Shown here: in pieces, positions 63,623 to 64,000 of the stretch
Layout of the letters: the number at the start of each line of letters is the position of its first letter
How positions within the stretch are numbered: position 1 is the stretch's first letter
Source of the DNA: Mobula hypostoma
Taxonomy: Eukaryota
Assembly (NCBI RefSeq): GCF_963921235.1
Contig: NC_086101.1
Span: 5,086,001-5,150,000 of the forward strand
Length of the DNA: 64,000 nt
Reading direction: 5' to 3'
Made by a program: the position numbers and the translations under genes
The notes under the pieces: model-generated
Database searches by the model: none
The model's input: the letters and a program-made list of their open reading frames with translations, nothing else
What the model was told of the DNA's origin: nothing

Positions 63623-64000
63623 GTTCGTCACTTCTAACAAACCACACAGGGGATGGGGAAAGGGTTGAATGACGCGGTCACAGAAGTTGCAAAGTGAGGT
63701 GAGGTCGGTCCGTTAAGTGGAGTAACATCTTCTCTTGAATAAAGGCTCCTAAGAGGACATGGACACTGGGTGTGTGGAGAGGCGGGCAACCTAGCAGAAA
63801 TGCTGTGAAGTTCGAAGTAGAATTTACTATCAAAGTATATACACAGTAGCATATACTATCTTGAGATTCATTGTCTTGCAGGCATTTACAGGAAAATAAA
63901 TAAATACAATAAAATTTTAACATCTATTTGGATCAACTGAACTGAAACAAAGACTGACAAATGCTGATGTGCAAGAGAAGACACTGCAAATTGAAAATGA

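Overview
Repeat-dense vertebrate genomic DNA. The repeat repertoire (CR1, Rex1/Babar, Neptune-type Penelope, L1, I-group LINEs) suggests a cartilaginous fish, probably a ray; this is an inference. The window holds parts of two tandem, same-strand butyrophilin(-like) genes. Gene A (3' half) is a TM exon (281-400), six phase-1 micro-exons of 27/27/21/21/27/27 nt and a B30.2 (PRY/SPRY) exon (15758-16272), and they splice into one open frame. Gene B (5' half) has a putative non-coding exon 1 in a CpG island (~52.1-52.7 kb), a leader exon (ATG 55568), an IgV exon (56113-56475) and an IgC exon (63338-63622). The CpG-island/exon-1 block carries an IRF-element and is present twice as an apparently identical 652-bp copy (31494-32145, 52144-52795). 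Most of the remainder is decayed transposable elements. These include a 10.4-kb nest of seven elements with readable target-site duplications, Penelope-derived minimal hammerhead ribozymes and fold-back insertions, and minisatellites grown out of LINE sequence. I see no wholly new biological system. The best leads are the butyrophilin locus architecture, its duplicated promoter and the ribozyme/hairpin insertions.
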